From: an uncultured Nitrososphaerota archaeon
GTDB taxonomy: Archaea; Korarchaeota; Korarchaeia; Korarchaeales; Korarchaeaceae
Assembly (NCBI GenBank): GCA_964594835.1
Contig: CAZQNA010000002.1
Span: forward strand, 1-64,000
Length of the DNA: 64,000 bases
Direction: 5' to 3'
Part shown: positions 17,853 to 27,364 of the stretch, in pieces
Layout: the number at the start of each line of letters is the position of its first letter
Position numbering within the stretch: the first letter of the stretch is position 1
The notes under the pieces: generated by a model
What the model was told of the DNA's origin: nothing
The model's input: the letters and a program-made list of their open reading frames with translations, nothing else
Databases searched by the model: none
Translations under genes and position numbers: made by a program

Positions 17853-19727
17853 TTGAGGCGAGCGTTCGGCTTCACGATTCTGGCACTCGTCCTGGCCCTC
17901 GGATCCACCCTCGTCGGCTTCAAGGTGACTGCCTCCGCTCCCGAGCCACCCTTCCCTCCGTATCACGTGGACCCCCTGAACCACATCCTCTACCCGAGGA
18001 TAATCTCGCCCTACTTCGTCGTGTACGGTGATGAGATAACCGTATGGATTAAGAGAACGGACGACATGCCCTCGAGCGTTGAATGGTCCGCGTCGCTGGA
18101 GTCCGCCTTCACCGACGGCTGGAGGTATCCCCTCAACAAGCTGGACCAGGGGTTCGACTCCGGCATGGAGGCCTGGTGGGTATCTCTCGGGGTCCCAGAG
18201 GGCGTTCCGCCCGGCCTCTACAACCTGACCGTCACGGGAGGGGGCCTCGAGTTCACGGAGCCCAACTCGGTCTACGTGTTCGGCGACTCGTACCCCGAGG
18301 AGATCCGGGTGATCCAGTTCACCGACACTCACTACGGCACCCGCGACATACCCAAGCACCACAGGAATCAGCAGCTCTTCAGGATCCTCGTGGCCACGAT
18401 AAACGGCCTGAGGCCCGACCTGGTGATACACACGGGCGACGTCATAGACGCGATAGCTAGGCCCGACGAGGAGGATCCCTTCAGAGAGGCGTACAGGGAC
18501 CTCGTGAGGCTCAGGGCCCCCCTGATAGCCATCGAGGGGAACAACGACTACACGGCCGTTGAGAAGAAGCAGTACTACTGGGAGAAGTACTTCGGCCCGT
18601 TCTACGGGGTCGTCGACGTCGGGCCCAGCTTCCACTTCGTTCAAGTGGACTCCGACACGGGGAAGATCTTCGGGTACCAGTTCGACCTGATAGAGTCCCT
18701 CCTCCGGGGCAAGTCGGGGACGGGCGCCGTGCTGGTCCACTACCCGCTCATGGACCAGGACATCAGGGTCTGGCTCTACGGCCCCGACGGGAAGTTCCAG
18801 GGAACCCTCGACTACGAGCAGACGGTCCAGAGGATGGTCGACGTGGCCCACCTGGCCCACGCGCCAGTGGTCCTGACGGGGCACTGGCACACCGACGATC
18901 AGGCGACCTTTGACGACGTCCTCTGCCTGGTGACCGAGGCCGGCCAGCACGACCACGGGACCAGCTACGGCGGGCCCGAGGGGGACTTCGGCCACTACAG
19001 GCTCTTCGTCTTCTCAGCGAACGGGACCTTCTGGTACGAGCCCACCTCCTCCTCGGTGGGGGACATGGGCGTCGAGTACCTCCAGGCGTACGACGGGAGC
19101 TCCTACGGAGTGGCGATGAGGGTCTGGAACAAGGGGACGGAGGAGGTGACCCTCAGGCTGCCTGTGGTCCTCTCGTCCTTCGACCCCGACCCGACGGTCG
19201 AGGGGGCCGAGGTGGCGGAGGCCCACGGGGCGTCTGGCAAGGGGGCCTACGAGCTGACCGTGACCCTCTCACCCGGGGAGGAGAGGGTAGTGAAGATCTA
19301 CCTCCGCCAGGACTCCACGCCCCCCGAGATATCAGTGGACCTGAGGGGCGCCAAGGACGGCAGGGTGGAGATCTGGCCCAGGGTGTCCGACGAGGGCCTC
19401 GGCGTCCTGGAGTACAGGGTCTACGCGTCCGCCGACAACTCGACCTGGACCGAGGTGGAGCCCGAGATCGAGACAGGCTGGCCGGTCTGGAGGGTCTCTC
19501 CCGACCAGTATGGCTACTTCAGGGTGACGGCGATCGACGCCGCGGGGAACGAGGCCGAGTACTACGGCGAGACCGCGGTGGCGCCGCCGACGACCTCGCC
19601 GGCGCCGACCCAGCCCGCGCCGGGGGCCGGGGGCGGAGGTCTGGCCTCCAGCCTGGTCATCTGGATAGCGGGCATCGTCGTCGTGGCCGTCGCCGTCCTG
19701 CTGGCGGTGAGGAGGGGGTCGAGGTGA
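17853..19727 (+). CDS. Surface-anchored calcineurin-like metallophosphoesterase
   Basis: FTDTH, HTGDVID, EGNND, VHYP, GHWH; signal peptide; C-terminal TM plus RR. Confidence 0.88.
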   Translation: MRRAFGFTILALVLALGSTLVGFKVTASAPEPPFPPYHVDPLNHILYPRIISPYFVVYGDEITVWIKRTDDMPSSVEWSASLESAFTDGWRYPLNKLDQGFDSGMEAWWVSLGVPEGVPPGLYNLTVTGGGLEFTEPNSVYVFGDSYPEEIRVIQFTDTHYGTRDIPKHHRNQQLFRILVATINGLRPDLVIHTGDVIDAIARPDEEDPFREAYRDLVRLRAPLIAIEGNNDYTAVEKKQYYWEKYFGPFYGVVDVGPSFHFVQVDSDTGKIFGYQFDLIESLLRGKSGTGAVLVHYPLMDQDIRVWLYGPDGKFQGTLDYEQTVQRMVDVAHLAHAPVVLTGHWHTDDQATFDDVLCLVTEAGQHDHGTSYGGPEGDFGHYRLFVFSANGTFWYEPTSSSVGDMGVEYLQAYDGSSYGVAMRVWNKGTEEVTLRLPVVLSSFDPDPTVEGAEVAEAHGASGKGAYELTVTLSPGEERVVKIYLRQDSTPPEISVDLRGAKDGRVEIWPRVSDEGLGVLEYRVYASADNSTWTEVEPEIETGWPVWRVSPDQYGYFRVTAIDAAGNEAEYYGETAVAPPTTSPAPTQPAPGAGGGGLASSLVIWIAGIVVVAVAVLLAVRRGSR

Positions 19728-21490
19728 GCCGGAGGGGCGCGGCGGGGGGCGTCCCCCTCCTCGCCTTCCTCCTCTCCCTGGCCCTCGTCCCCACCCTAGC
19801 CCCCGCCTCCGTTTCGCCGGTGGACACCGCTGGGTCCGTCTCGGGGATTGAGCTTCCGCGGATCGGATTTCCCGCATTCGTGGAGCCGGGGGGCGGGGTG
19901 GAGGTCAGGCTCGCCGGAGAGGTCTCCGTAACCTCGGTCCGGTTGGAGGGGGAGCTCGAGGAGCGCGAGCTCTCCATAGCCAGCCGGGAGCTTGGCGGGG
20001 GAGTCACCCTGGTCAGGGCCGTCGTGCCCCCGGACGCGCCCCCCGGGCTCTACGATCTGGTCGTGGGGCTGGAGGGGGGCGGGGTCCTGAGGGAGCCCAA
20101 CTCGGTGGCCGTTCTAGAGGATCTAGATCCGCCGTTCACGGTCTTCTGGATCTCGGACACCCACTACGACAACCGTCCTGGTCAGCTTCAGCAGGCGGCC
20201 AGGTTCGTGCGGGACATCTGGCTGATCAACTTCCTGAGGCCCGACTTCGTGATACACACGGGCGACGTGTGCAACAACCCCCACGAGGTCATATTCCGCG
20301 GGGCCCGCCGGGAGCTCACGAGGCTGGACGTCCCGATCGTGGCCATACCTGGAAACCACGACCACTCGGTCAAGGGCGTCCCGTTCGTCAGGTACCTAGC
20401 CCCCTCGAACCTCAGCCTCGACGTGGGGCCGGAGGTCCACATAGTGAGCGTTGACACAGGTCCGGGATCCCTGGAGGGGAGGCTGAGCCCGGAGCAGGTC
20501 GAGTGGCTCGACGGGGACCTGTCGGCCACGAACGCGACGGTGAGGATGGTACTGTTCCACCACCCGCCCTGGAACCTGGAGGCCGTCCCGGGGGCGGACT
20601 CAGACACGGTCATCCGTCTGATGGCCGAGAGGGGGGTGACGGTTGCCCTCTCGGGGCACATGCACGAGAACCACGTCTACGAGGACCCGGTGCTTATGGT
20701 GACAAACCCGAACTCCTACGGGGACGTGGAGAAGGCCGTTGAGGAGGCGATCCCAGGGTTCAGGATCTTCACCATCCGGTCGGACGGTCGGATCGAGTGG
20801 CTGGGCGGCCTGGAGAGGCCCATCCCCCTCGACTGGTTTGAGGTGGAGCACTACCAGCTGAACGACGGTAGCAGGGGAGGGTTCTCGGCCAGGATCTCGA
20901 ACAGGTCTCCATGGGTGCTAAACGGAACGATCGTGGCGAGGATGGCGGGGAGCGGAGAGGTAGCAGTGGAGGGCGGGGAGCTGGTTGAGGTCAGGGACTC
21001 CAGGCTGGGGTACAGGGTGGCCTACGTGTCGGTCTCCGTTGGGCCGGGGGAGGAGAGGGTCGTGGAGGTGAGGGCGGCTGAGGACGAGAGTCCCCCGACG
21101 GTGGAGGTCCGCGCCGAGCCGAGGGTCGGGGGAGCCGTCCTCATAGAGCTCAACGTGACGGCCCTCGACGACGTCACGGGCGTCTCGGAGGTCAGGGCCT
21201 GGGCTTCGACGGACGGGAGTACCTGGAAGGAGGTCGATCTCCTCAGGATCGACGAGGACACCTTCGTCGGAACCGCTCAGGTGCCCAAGGAGGCGGGGGA
21301 GGCTCAGCTGAGGGTCAGGGCCGTCGACCTGACCGGCAAGTCGGTCGAGGTCCGGAAGACGGTCGGCTGGGGGGCTCAGCCAACTCCCGCTGAGGCGGGA
21401 GAGGGCCCAACAGCTCCGATTCCGCTCTGGGCACTTGGTCTGGTCGCGCTGGCGGCGGGGCTTGCGGCGGCCGCTAAGTTGAGGCGCTAA
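19724..21490 (+). CDS. Surface-anchored calcineurin-like metallophosphoesterase (paralog)
   Basis: ISDTH, HTGDVCN, PGNHD, FHHP, GHMH; shares PPGLY.L.V and EPNSV motifs with the upstream gene; GTGA overlap. Confidence 0.88.
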   Translation: MSRRGAAGGVPLLAFLLSLALVPTLAPASVSPVDTAGSVSGIELPRIGFPAFVEPGGGVEVRLAGEVSVTSVRLEGELEERELSIASRELGGGVTLVRAVVPPDAPPGLYDLVVGLEGGGVLREPNSVAVLEDLDPPFTVFWISDTHYDNRPGQLQQAARFVRDIWLINFLRPDFVIHTGDVCNNPHEVIFRGARRELTRLDVPIVAIPGNHDHSVKGVPFVRYLAPSNLSLDVGPEVHIVSVDTGPGSLEGRLSPEQVEWLDGDLSATNATVRMVLFHHPPWNLEAVPGADSDTVIRLMAERGVTVALSGHMHENHVYEDPVLMVTNPNSYGDVEKAVEEAIPGFRIFTIRSDGRIEWLGGLERPIPLDWFEVEHYQLNDGSRGGFSARISNRSPWVLNGTIVARMAGSGEVAVEGGELVEVRDSRLGYRVAYVSVSVGPGEERVVEVRAAEDESPPTVEVRAEPRVGGAVLIELNVTALDDVTGVSEVRAWASTDGSTWKEVDLLRIDEDTFVGTAQVPKEAGEAQLRVRAVDLTGKSVEVRKTVGWGAQPTPAEAGEGPTAPIPLWALGLVALAAGLAAAAKLRR

Positions 21491-21681
21491 ACCGGACAAG
21501 GCGATGGTCGAAAATCAGAGGACGTGCGGCCCCAATCTCCGAATCTTTTATGCGATAAGGCCGATACGTTTGTAAGACAATCCGACATATCCCTTCTCAT
21601 GGAAATTAGCTACGGACCTGCAAAGCCTCCTGCCAAACATTAATAGGAGTCGCCGGAATATCCTCCCTCAGTGAGGGCACA

Positions 21682-22698
21682 ATGAAGAAGTTGCTAGCTC
21701 TTGCTATGGTGGCCCTCTTCGCACTCTCCGTGGGCGTGTGGTTCGGCAACGCCGTCTCCGCCCAGGGACAGAAGGTCGTCGCGCTGGACCTCACACCCGG
21801 CAGGATCAAGGACCTGGACACCGAGTACGGTCAGCAGAACCTCCAGGCCCTGAAGGACCTGCTGACCTCCGCCGGCTATCAGGTGAAGGAGCTGACCGAG
21901 ATAACTCCTCAGTCTCTCCAGGGGGTTGACGCCCTCGTCATAGGCAAGATGAAGGACTACGACAGCGGGTTCTCCCAGGCGGAGGTGCAGGCCATCGCCG
22001 ACTGGTTCAAGCAGGGAGGCAAGTTCCTCTGGGTCGGGGCCGACTCCGACTACGTCGAGCCCTACCTGAACCCCGAGGACACCTCCTTCAAGGCCGGCGA
22101 GCCAAACAAGATCCTCGAGGCCATCGGCTCCAGCCTCAGGCTGGAGTACGGCAGCCTGGAGGACCCCGAGTCCAACGCGGGGGCCGGATACAGGGTCATC
22201 AGCTACGAGGCCAACAGCCAGGGTTGGGCCGGCCAGATAACCGCCGGCGCTTCCAGGGTGCTCTTCCACGGCCCGACCTTCGTCGTCGGATACAAGAACG
22301 GCCAGTTCGTCCCGATCGACCAGGTCCTGAGTGAGACCTGCGTCTGGCTCTACCGCTCGTCCCCGAGCGGGACCGTGGTCAGCCACGACGGCGTCGACCC
22401 GAAGGCGCACGCGGTCGGCGAGACCGGCCAGTTCGTCGAGGCCGCGGCCGAGAAGATCAAGGTCGGGAGCAAGTACAGCAAGGTCATTGTCACCGGCGAG
22501 TCTCTCCTGGGGGACAGGGTCATCATAACCCCCGAGTACCACGGAGTTGAGCTCCAGGGCGCTACGTTCGCCAAGAACGCCTTCGCCTGGGGCCTCACCG
22601 TCGAGAGCGCCCCCGGCCTGCCGATGACCTACATCGCCATCGCCGTCGTGGTGATCGTGGTCATCATCGGGGCGGCCCTGGCCCTCAAGAAGAAGTGA
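21682..22698 (+). CDS. Secreted, membrane-anchored GATase-like/DUF4350-like protein
   Basis: Signal peptide; FSQAEVQAIADWFKQGGKFLWVGADSDY; C-terminal TM plus KKK. Confidence 0.7.
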   Translation: MKKLLALAMVALFALSVGVWFGNAVSAQGQKVVALDLTPGRIKDLDTEYGQQNLQALKDLLTSAGYQVKELTEITPQSLQGVDALVIGKMKDYDSGFSQAEVQAIADWFKQGGKFLWVGADSDYVEPYLNPEDTSFKAGEPNKILEAIGSSLRLEYGSLEDPESNAGAGYRVISYEANSQGWAGQITAGASRVLFHGPTFVVGYKNGQFVPIDQVLSETCVWLYRSSPSGTVVSHDGVDPKAHAVGETGQFVEAAAEKIKVGSKYSKVIVTGESLLGDRVIITPEYHGVELQGATFAKNAFAWGLTVESAPGLPMTYIAIAVVVIVVIIGAALALKKK

Positions 22699-22701
22699 GG
22701 G

Positions 22702-22726
22702 CCCCCTCCCCCTCTCTTCTTTTTCC
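22702..22726 (+). terminator. Pyrimidine/oligo-T terminator
   Basis: CCCCCTCCCCCTCTCTTCTTTTTCC just after the stop codon. Confidence 0.6.
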
Positions 22727-22862
22727 ACCAGACGTTCTCACAGGGGACGTTCTCTCGGCCGTCTCACCGTCTCAGCGACCCGACACGCCGGACCTGAGAT
22801 CGGCGTGGGGGAGTTTATAGCGGATGGGAGCGGCCGCCCACCCGACCGCGGGGTGGTGTGTT

Positions 22863-24269
22863 TTGGAGTCCAAGTACCTGTTGGCGATCCTTGCGGCCGT
22901 GATCATACTGGTCGGCGCCGCGGTCCTCCTGCTCAAGGGAAGGGGCGGCGCCGGCCCCACCCCAACCACCGGGCCCTCCAAGCAGGGCGTCACCCTCAAG
23001 GTGATAACCAGGCACGCCAGCACCATCTGGCTGCTGACCAAGCAGGAGTTCCTGAACTCCGACATAGCCAAGCAGTACAACATAGTCGACATCCGCTTCT
23101 ACGGCCCGAACGCGGCCCTGTGGCCGGACGTGATCCAGAAGGAGAAGATAGACGTGGCGTGGGGAGGAGGCCCGACGGTCTTCAACGACCTCGCCGACAA
23201 GGGCCTCCTGCAGCCCATGACAGACCCCGAACTCCTCCAGGTGATCTCTGAGATCCCGGACACGATAAGCGGGTCTGCGATGAAGAGGTACGACGACGGC
23301 CAGGTCACGTGGGTGGCGGCGGCCATCTCGTCGTTCGGGTTCACCTACAACAAGAAGCAGCTGACCGAGAGGGGGTTCCCTGAGCCCGCCACCTGGGACG
23401 ACCTCGCCAGCCCCGTCTACTCGAGGATGCTCCCGCTCCCGGCGATCTCCTTCGCCAGGTCCACCACCTCGACCTCCCACTCGAGGATCTACCAGATCAT
23501 CCTCCAGGCCTACGGGTGGGAGGACGGCTGGGTCCTCCTGTCCAGGCTCGCGGCGAACGGGAGGCCCTACGGTGGGTCCGTGGAGGCCCAGTTCGCCGTC
23601 CAGACCGGCGAGGTCCCCATCGGGATCATGATCGACTTCTACGGCTACGAACTCCAGACCAAGTCCCCCGACTTCGTCTACGTGACCCCGCCGAACAGCA
23701 TCGTCAACGGCGACCCGATAGCCATGTGCTCCACGTCCGAGCACCCCGAGGCGGCCCAGGCCTTCATAAGGTGGGTCCTCACCGACGGGCAGAAGATCTG
23801 GCTGGATCCGAAGGTCAACAGGCTCCCGATATCCCCGAAGATCTTCCGGACCCCGGAGGGGAGGCAGAGGACCGACCTCTACGAGAAGTTCAACGAGACC
23901 GTCAACCTCCAGACCATAGAGTTCGACGAGAGCCTCGCCGGGAAGGTCTACTTCTCCGTGGCCTACTACTTCGACGCTGTACTCTGCGACAGGCACGACG
24001 AGCTGGTGAGGGTCTGGAAGAAGCTAGTCGACGCCTACGAGGCTGGAAAGATCACGGAGGACCAGTTCGAGCAGTTCGCCCACGAGATGGGCAAGCCGCT
24101 GACCTGGGAGGAGGGCGGGCAGCAGGTGACCTTCACGCTGGACTACGCCATCCAGATAAACGAGCGCATGAAGACAGACCCGGCCTTCGCGTCCCAGATG
24201 CAGTCGATATGGAGGGACGCGGCCCTCCAGAGGTACGAGGCCCTCTACGAGCAGATACCCGAGCCGTGA
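22863..24269 (+). CDS. ABC transporter substrate-binding protein, Fe3+/thiamine-like (AfuA/FbpA class)
   Basis: VITRH, DVAWGGGP, AAISSFG, TWDDLA, IDFYG, NGDPIA; TTG start inferred. Confidence 0.88.
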   Translation: MESKYLLAILAAVIILVGAAVLLLKGRGGAGPTPTTGPSKQGVTLKVITRHASTIWLLTKQEFLNSDIAKQYNIVDIRFYGPNAALWPDVIQKEKIDVAWGGGPTVFNDLADKGLLQPMTDPELLQVISEIPDTISGSAMKRYDDGQVTWVAAAISSFGFTYNKKQLTERGFPEPATWDDLASPVYSRMLPLPAISFARSTTSTSHSRIYQIILQAYGWEDGWVLLSRLAANGRPYGGSVEAQFAVQTGEVPIGIMIDFYGYELQTKSPDFVYVTPPNSIVNGDPIAMCSTSEHPEAAQAFIRWVLTDGQKIWLDPKVNRLPISPKIFRTPEGRQRTDLYEKFNETVNLQTIEFDESLAGKVYFSVAYYFDAVLCDRHDELVRVWKKLVDAYEAGKITEDQFEQFAHEMGKPLTWEEGGQQVTFTLDYAIQINERMKTDPAFASQMQSIWRDAALQRYEALYEQIPEP

Positions 24270-24283
24270 GCGGGTCCGCCCGA

Positions 24284-24300
24284 CTCCTCTCCCCCTTTTT
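24284..24300 (+). terminator. Internal oligo-T terminator after the binding-protein gene
   Basis: CTCCTCTCCCCCTTTTT. Confidence 0.55.
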
Positions 24301-24348
24301 ATTCCTCCCCCGCAGGCTCCACTGAGGTCCACCCTCGGTGGTGATGCG

Positions 24349-26244
24349 ATGGGTTCTCGGGCCGAAGGGCTGGGAGAGAGGCTCGGCAGGGCCTTCAGGA
24401 GGCTCAAGTGGGAGATGGACCCCTTCTCCTGGAGTCAGCTCTTCATAGTGCTGTCGGCCTTCGCCGCGTTCATGCTGATCCCCCTGGGGATGGTGATCCT
24501 CAGGTCCTTCTACACCTCTGGCGGGTTCACCCTGGACGCCCTCAGGCTGGTTCTGACGGACGACTACTACTTCCCGCTGAGGCTCCACCTCACGGGAGAC
24601 TTCCCCTTCCTGTCTCTCGAGGGGGTCAGGGGGAGCCTCTACCACGTGGTGGAGTACACGAGGCCCACGGGGGAGGTCGTGAGGATCATCTACATCACGG
24701 GGTGGGACTTCGGCGTCCTGGTGAACTCCCTGGTGGTCGCGGGCTCGACCGCCCTGCTGTCCACGGCGCTGGGGTTCACTCTCGCCTTCATATTCGCCAA
24801 GTACAGGTTCCCAGGGTCAGAGGCGCTCAGGATAATCTCCCTGATCCCGCTCCTCTCGACGCCGTTCGTCGGGGCCATAGGCCTGAAGAGGATGATAGTG
24901 GCGGACGGGGTGCTGAACGTCCTGTTCCACGACGTCCTGCGGGTGATGCCCTTCAAGGTTGAGATCACGGGCCTGCCCGCCGTTATAATGGTCCAGACGC
25001 TCATCTTCTACCCAATAGTCATGCTCAACGCCTACACGGCCCTGATAAGCCTCGACCCGTCGCTGGAGGAGCAGGCCATCAACATGGGGGCCAGCGGGTT
25101 CAGGCTGTTCAGGACGGTCACCCTCCCGCTCGCCACGCCCGGGGTGGAGGCAGGGGCGCTGCTGGTGTTCATCCTGGCCCTCGAGGACCTGGGCACCCCC
25201 ATAGTGTTCAAGGGGACCGTGGCGGAGAAGGTGCTCACCTTCCAGATATTCAACAGGATCTTCACCCCCGCCGGGCTGATCTCTCAGGAGGCGACCACGC
25301 TCGCCCTGATCCTCCTGGTCATCTCGGCGGTCGTGTTCGTGGCCGTCAGGCGGTACGTGAGCCTCAAGAGGTACGCCATGCTGGGCAAGGGGGGCGTCTG
25401 GAGGCCCAGGAGGAGAAGGCTGTCGAACAAGACCGTGCTCCTGGTCTACGTCTTCGTGTTCGCGGTCCTGTTCTTCGCCACCCTCCCGCACATAGGAGTG
25501 ACGCTCCTCGCCTTCTCGAAGGAGTGGGGCACGACGATCCTGCCGGAGAGCTACACCCTGAGCAACTTCAAGGCTGTGCTCGCAGACGAGCAGGCCAGGA
25601 GGTGCATAGTGAACAGCCTGGTGTACTCGGGGATAGCGACCGTGTTCATGGTGATCCTGGGCGTCAGCGCCGCCTACCTGGTTTCCAGGAAGAAGGGCAT
25701 CCCGGGCATAGAGGCCCTGGATCTGCTCGTCACGCTTCCAATAGCAGTGCCGGGCATAGCCGTGGCGACCGGCCTCTTCCTCACCTACCTGGGAACCCCG
25801 CTGAGCCCCACAATAAGCGGGGCGCCGCTCCTCATAGCCTCCTACACCGTCAGGAAGATACCGTTCACTGTCAGGTCGGTCTTCTCTGGACTGGAGCAGA
25901 CCGACAAGGCCCTGGACGAGGTGGCCTGGACCGTGGGGGCGAGCAGGACCAGGACCTTCTTCACGATAATCCTCCCCCTGATAGCGCTCAACGTGCTGGC
26001 GGGTGGCATGCTCTCGTTCATCTACTCCATGTCCGAGGTCAGCACGGGCATAGTGGTGGGGGACGCGAACCACAGGGACGCCCCGATGACCTGGAAGATG
26101 TACGACATGCTGTTCCACGGCCTGGCTGGCGGGCTGGCCCAGCCGGCGGCCATGGGCTTTATGCTCATGGGCCTGCAGTTCGTCTTCATAGTCGGCGCAA
26201 ACTTATTGCTGAGGAGGAGGGCGACGGCCCTGATAGGAGTCTGA
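24349..26244 (+). CDS. Fe3+-type ABC permease (fused double domain)
   Basis: Two EAA-like loops: LDPSLEEQAINMGA and DKALDEVAWTVGA. Confidence 0.92.
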   Translation: MGSRAEGLGERLGRAFRRLKWEMDPFSWSQLFIVLSAFAAFMLIPLGMVILRSFYTSGGFTLDALRLVLTDDYYFPLRLHLTGDFPFLSLEGVRGSLYHVVEYTRPTGEVVRIIYITGWDFGVLVNSLVVAGSTALLSTALGFTLAFIFAKYRFPGSEALRIISLIPLLSTPFVGAIGLKRMIVADGVLNVLFHDVLRVMPFKVEITGLPAVIMVQTLIFYPIVMLNAYTALISLDPSLEEQAINMGASGFRLFRTVTLPLATPGVEAGALLVFILALEDLGTPIVFKGTVAEKVLTFQIFNRIFTPAGLISQEATTLALILLVISAVVFVAVRRYVSLKRYAMLGKGGVWRPRRRRLSNKTVLLVYVFVFAVLFFATLPHIGVTLLAFSKEWGTTILPESYTLSNFKAVLADEQARRCIVNSLVYSGIATVFMVILGVSAAYLVSRKKGIPGIEALDLLVTLPIAVPGIAVATGLFLTYLGTPLSPTISGAPLLIASYTVRKIPFTVRSVFSGLEQTDKALDEVAWTVGASRTRTFFTIILPLIALNVLAGGMLSFIYSMSEVSTGIVVGDANHRDAPMTWKMYDMLFHGLAGGLAQPAAMGFMLMGLQFVFIVGANLLLRRRATALIGV

Positions 26245-26254
26245 GGGTGATCGG

Positions 26255-27325
26255 ATGGTAAAGATACGGACCGTCGATCTCACGAAGCGCTTCGGGGAGG
26301 TCGTGGCGGTCGATCACGTCACCCTGGAGATCCGGCACGGCGAGTTCTTCACCCTGCTTGGTCCCAGCGGGTGCGGCAAGACCACGTTCCTCCGCTGCAT
26401 AGCCGGGCTGGAGCTCCCGGACGAGGGGAGGGTCTACTTCGACGACCAGGAGGTCACCGAGGTCCCGCCCCACAAGAGAGACACGGGGATGGTGTTCCAA
26501 AACTACGCCCTGTGGCCCCACATGAACGTCTTCGACAACATCGCCTATGGCCTCAAGATCAGGGGGTACAAGAAGGAGGAGATCAGGAAGAGGGTGCTGG
26601 AGGTCCTGAAGCTGGTCAAGCTGGAGGGCATGGAGAACAGGACGCCTCACCAGCTCTCGGGCGGGCAGCAGCAGAGGGTGGCCGTGGCGAGGGCCATAGT
26701 AATCAACCCCAAGGTGCTGCTGTTCGACGAGCCCCTGAGCAACCTGGACGCGAAGCTCAGGATAGAGATGAGGGCGGAGCTGAAGAGGCTGCAGAGGGAG
26801 CTGGGGATAACGACGCTCTACGTCACCCACGACCAGGAGGAGGCCATGAGCATCTCTGACAGGATCGCCGTGATGAACCAGGGGAGGGTCATGCAGATCG
26901 GCACCCCGCAGGAGATCTACAAGCACCCGAAGAACGAGTTCGTTGCGAGGTTCATAGGGCAGGGAACGTTCCTCTACGGGGAGGTGGTCGCCAGGGAGGG
27001 CGAGAGGCTCAGGGTGAGGTTAGAGTCCATCGGGAGGGAGGTCCTGGCGGTCCCGTCGAACCCGGAGGCCAACCCAGACGTGGGGGACAGGGTGCTCGTC
27101 ATGATCAGGCCGGAGTCCTTCGAACTCTCCCCCGAGACGAGGGACTCGAACGAGTTCGAGGTGGAGGTCTACCACGTCTCCTTCCTCGGCAACTCCCTCA
27201 GGGTCCAGGCCCGCGCGGGCGGCGAGCCCTTCGTCATAGAGGTCGACCCAGACGAGGAGGTCCCGGTTGGGAAGACTGTCAAGGTCTACGCGGCCCCCGA
27301 GCTGACCCTAGCGATCAGGCTGTAG
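26255..27325 (+). CDS. ABC ATP-binding protein (PotA/FbpC type)
   Basis: GPSGCGKTT, VFQNYALWPHM, LSGGQQQR, DEPLSNLD, TOBE-like tail. Confidence 0.95.
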   Translation: MVKIRTVDLTKRFGEVVAVDHVTLEIRHGEFFTLLGPSGCGKTTFLRCIAGLELPDEGRVYFDDQEVTEVPPHKRDTGMVFQNYALWPHMNVFDNIAYGLKIRGYKKEEIRKRVLEVLKLVKLEGMENRTPHQLSGGQQQRVAVARAIVINPKVLLFDEPLSNLDAKLRIEMRAELKRLQRELGITTLYVTHDQEEAMSISDRIAVMNQGRVMQIGTPQEIYKHPKNEFVARFIGQGTFLYGEVVAREGERLRVRLESIGREVLAVPSNPEANPDVGDRVLVMIRPESFELSPETRDSNEFEVEVYHVSFLGNSLRVQARAGGEPFVIEVDPDEEVPVGKTVKVYAAPELTLAIRL

Positions 27326-27364
27326 CCTTCTGGCCGGGCCGCGGGTTCTCGGGGGAGTGGGCGG

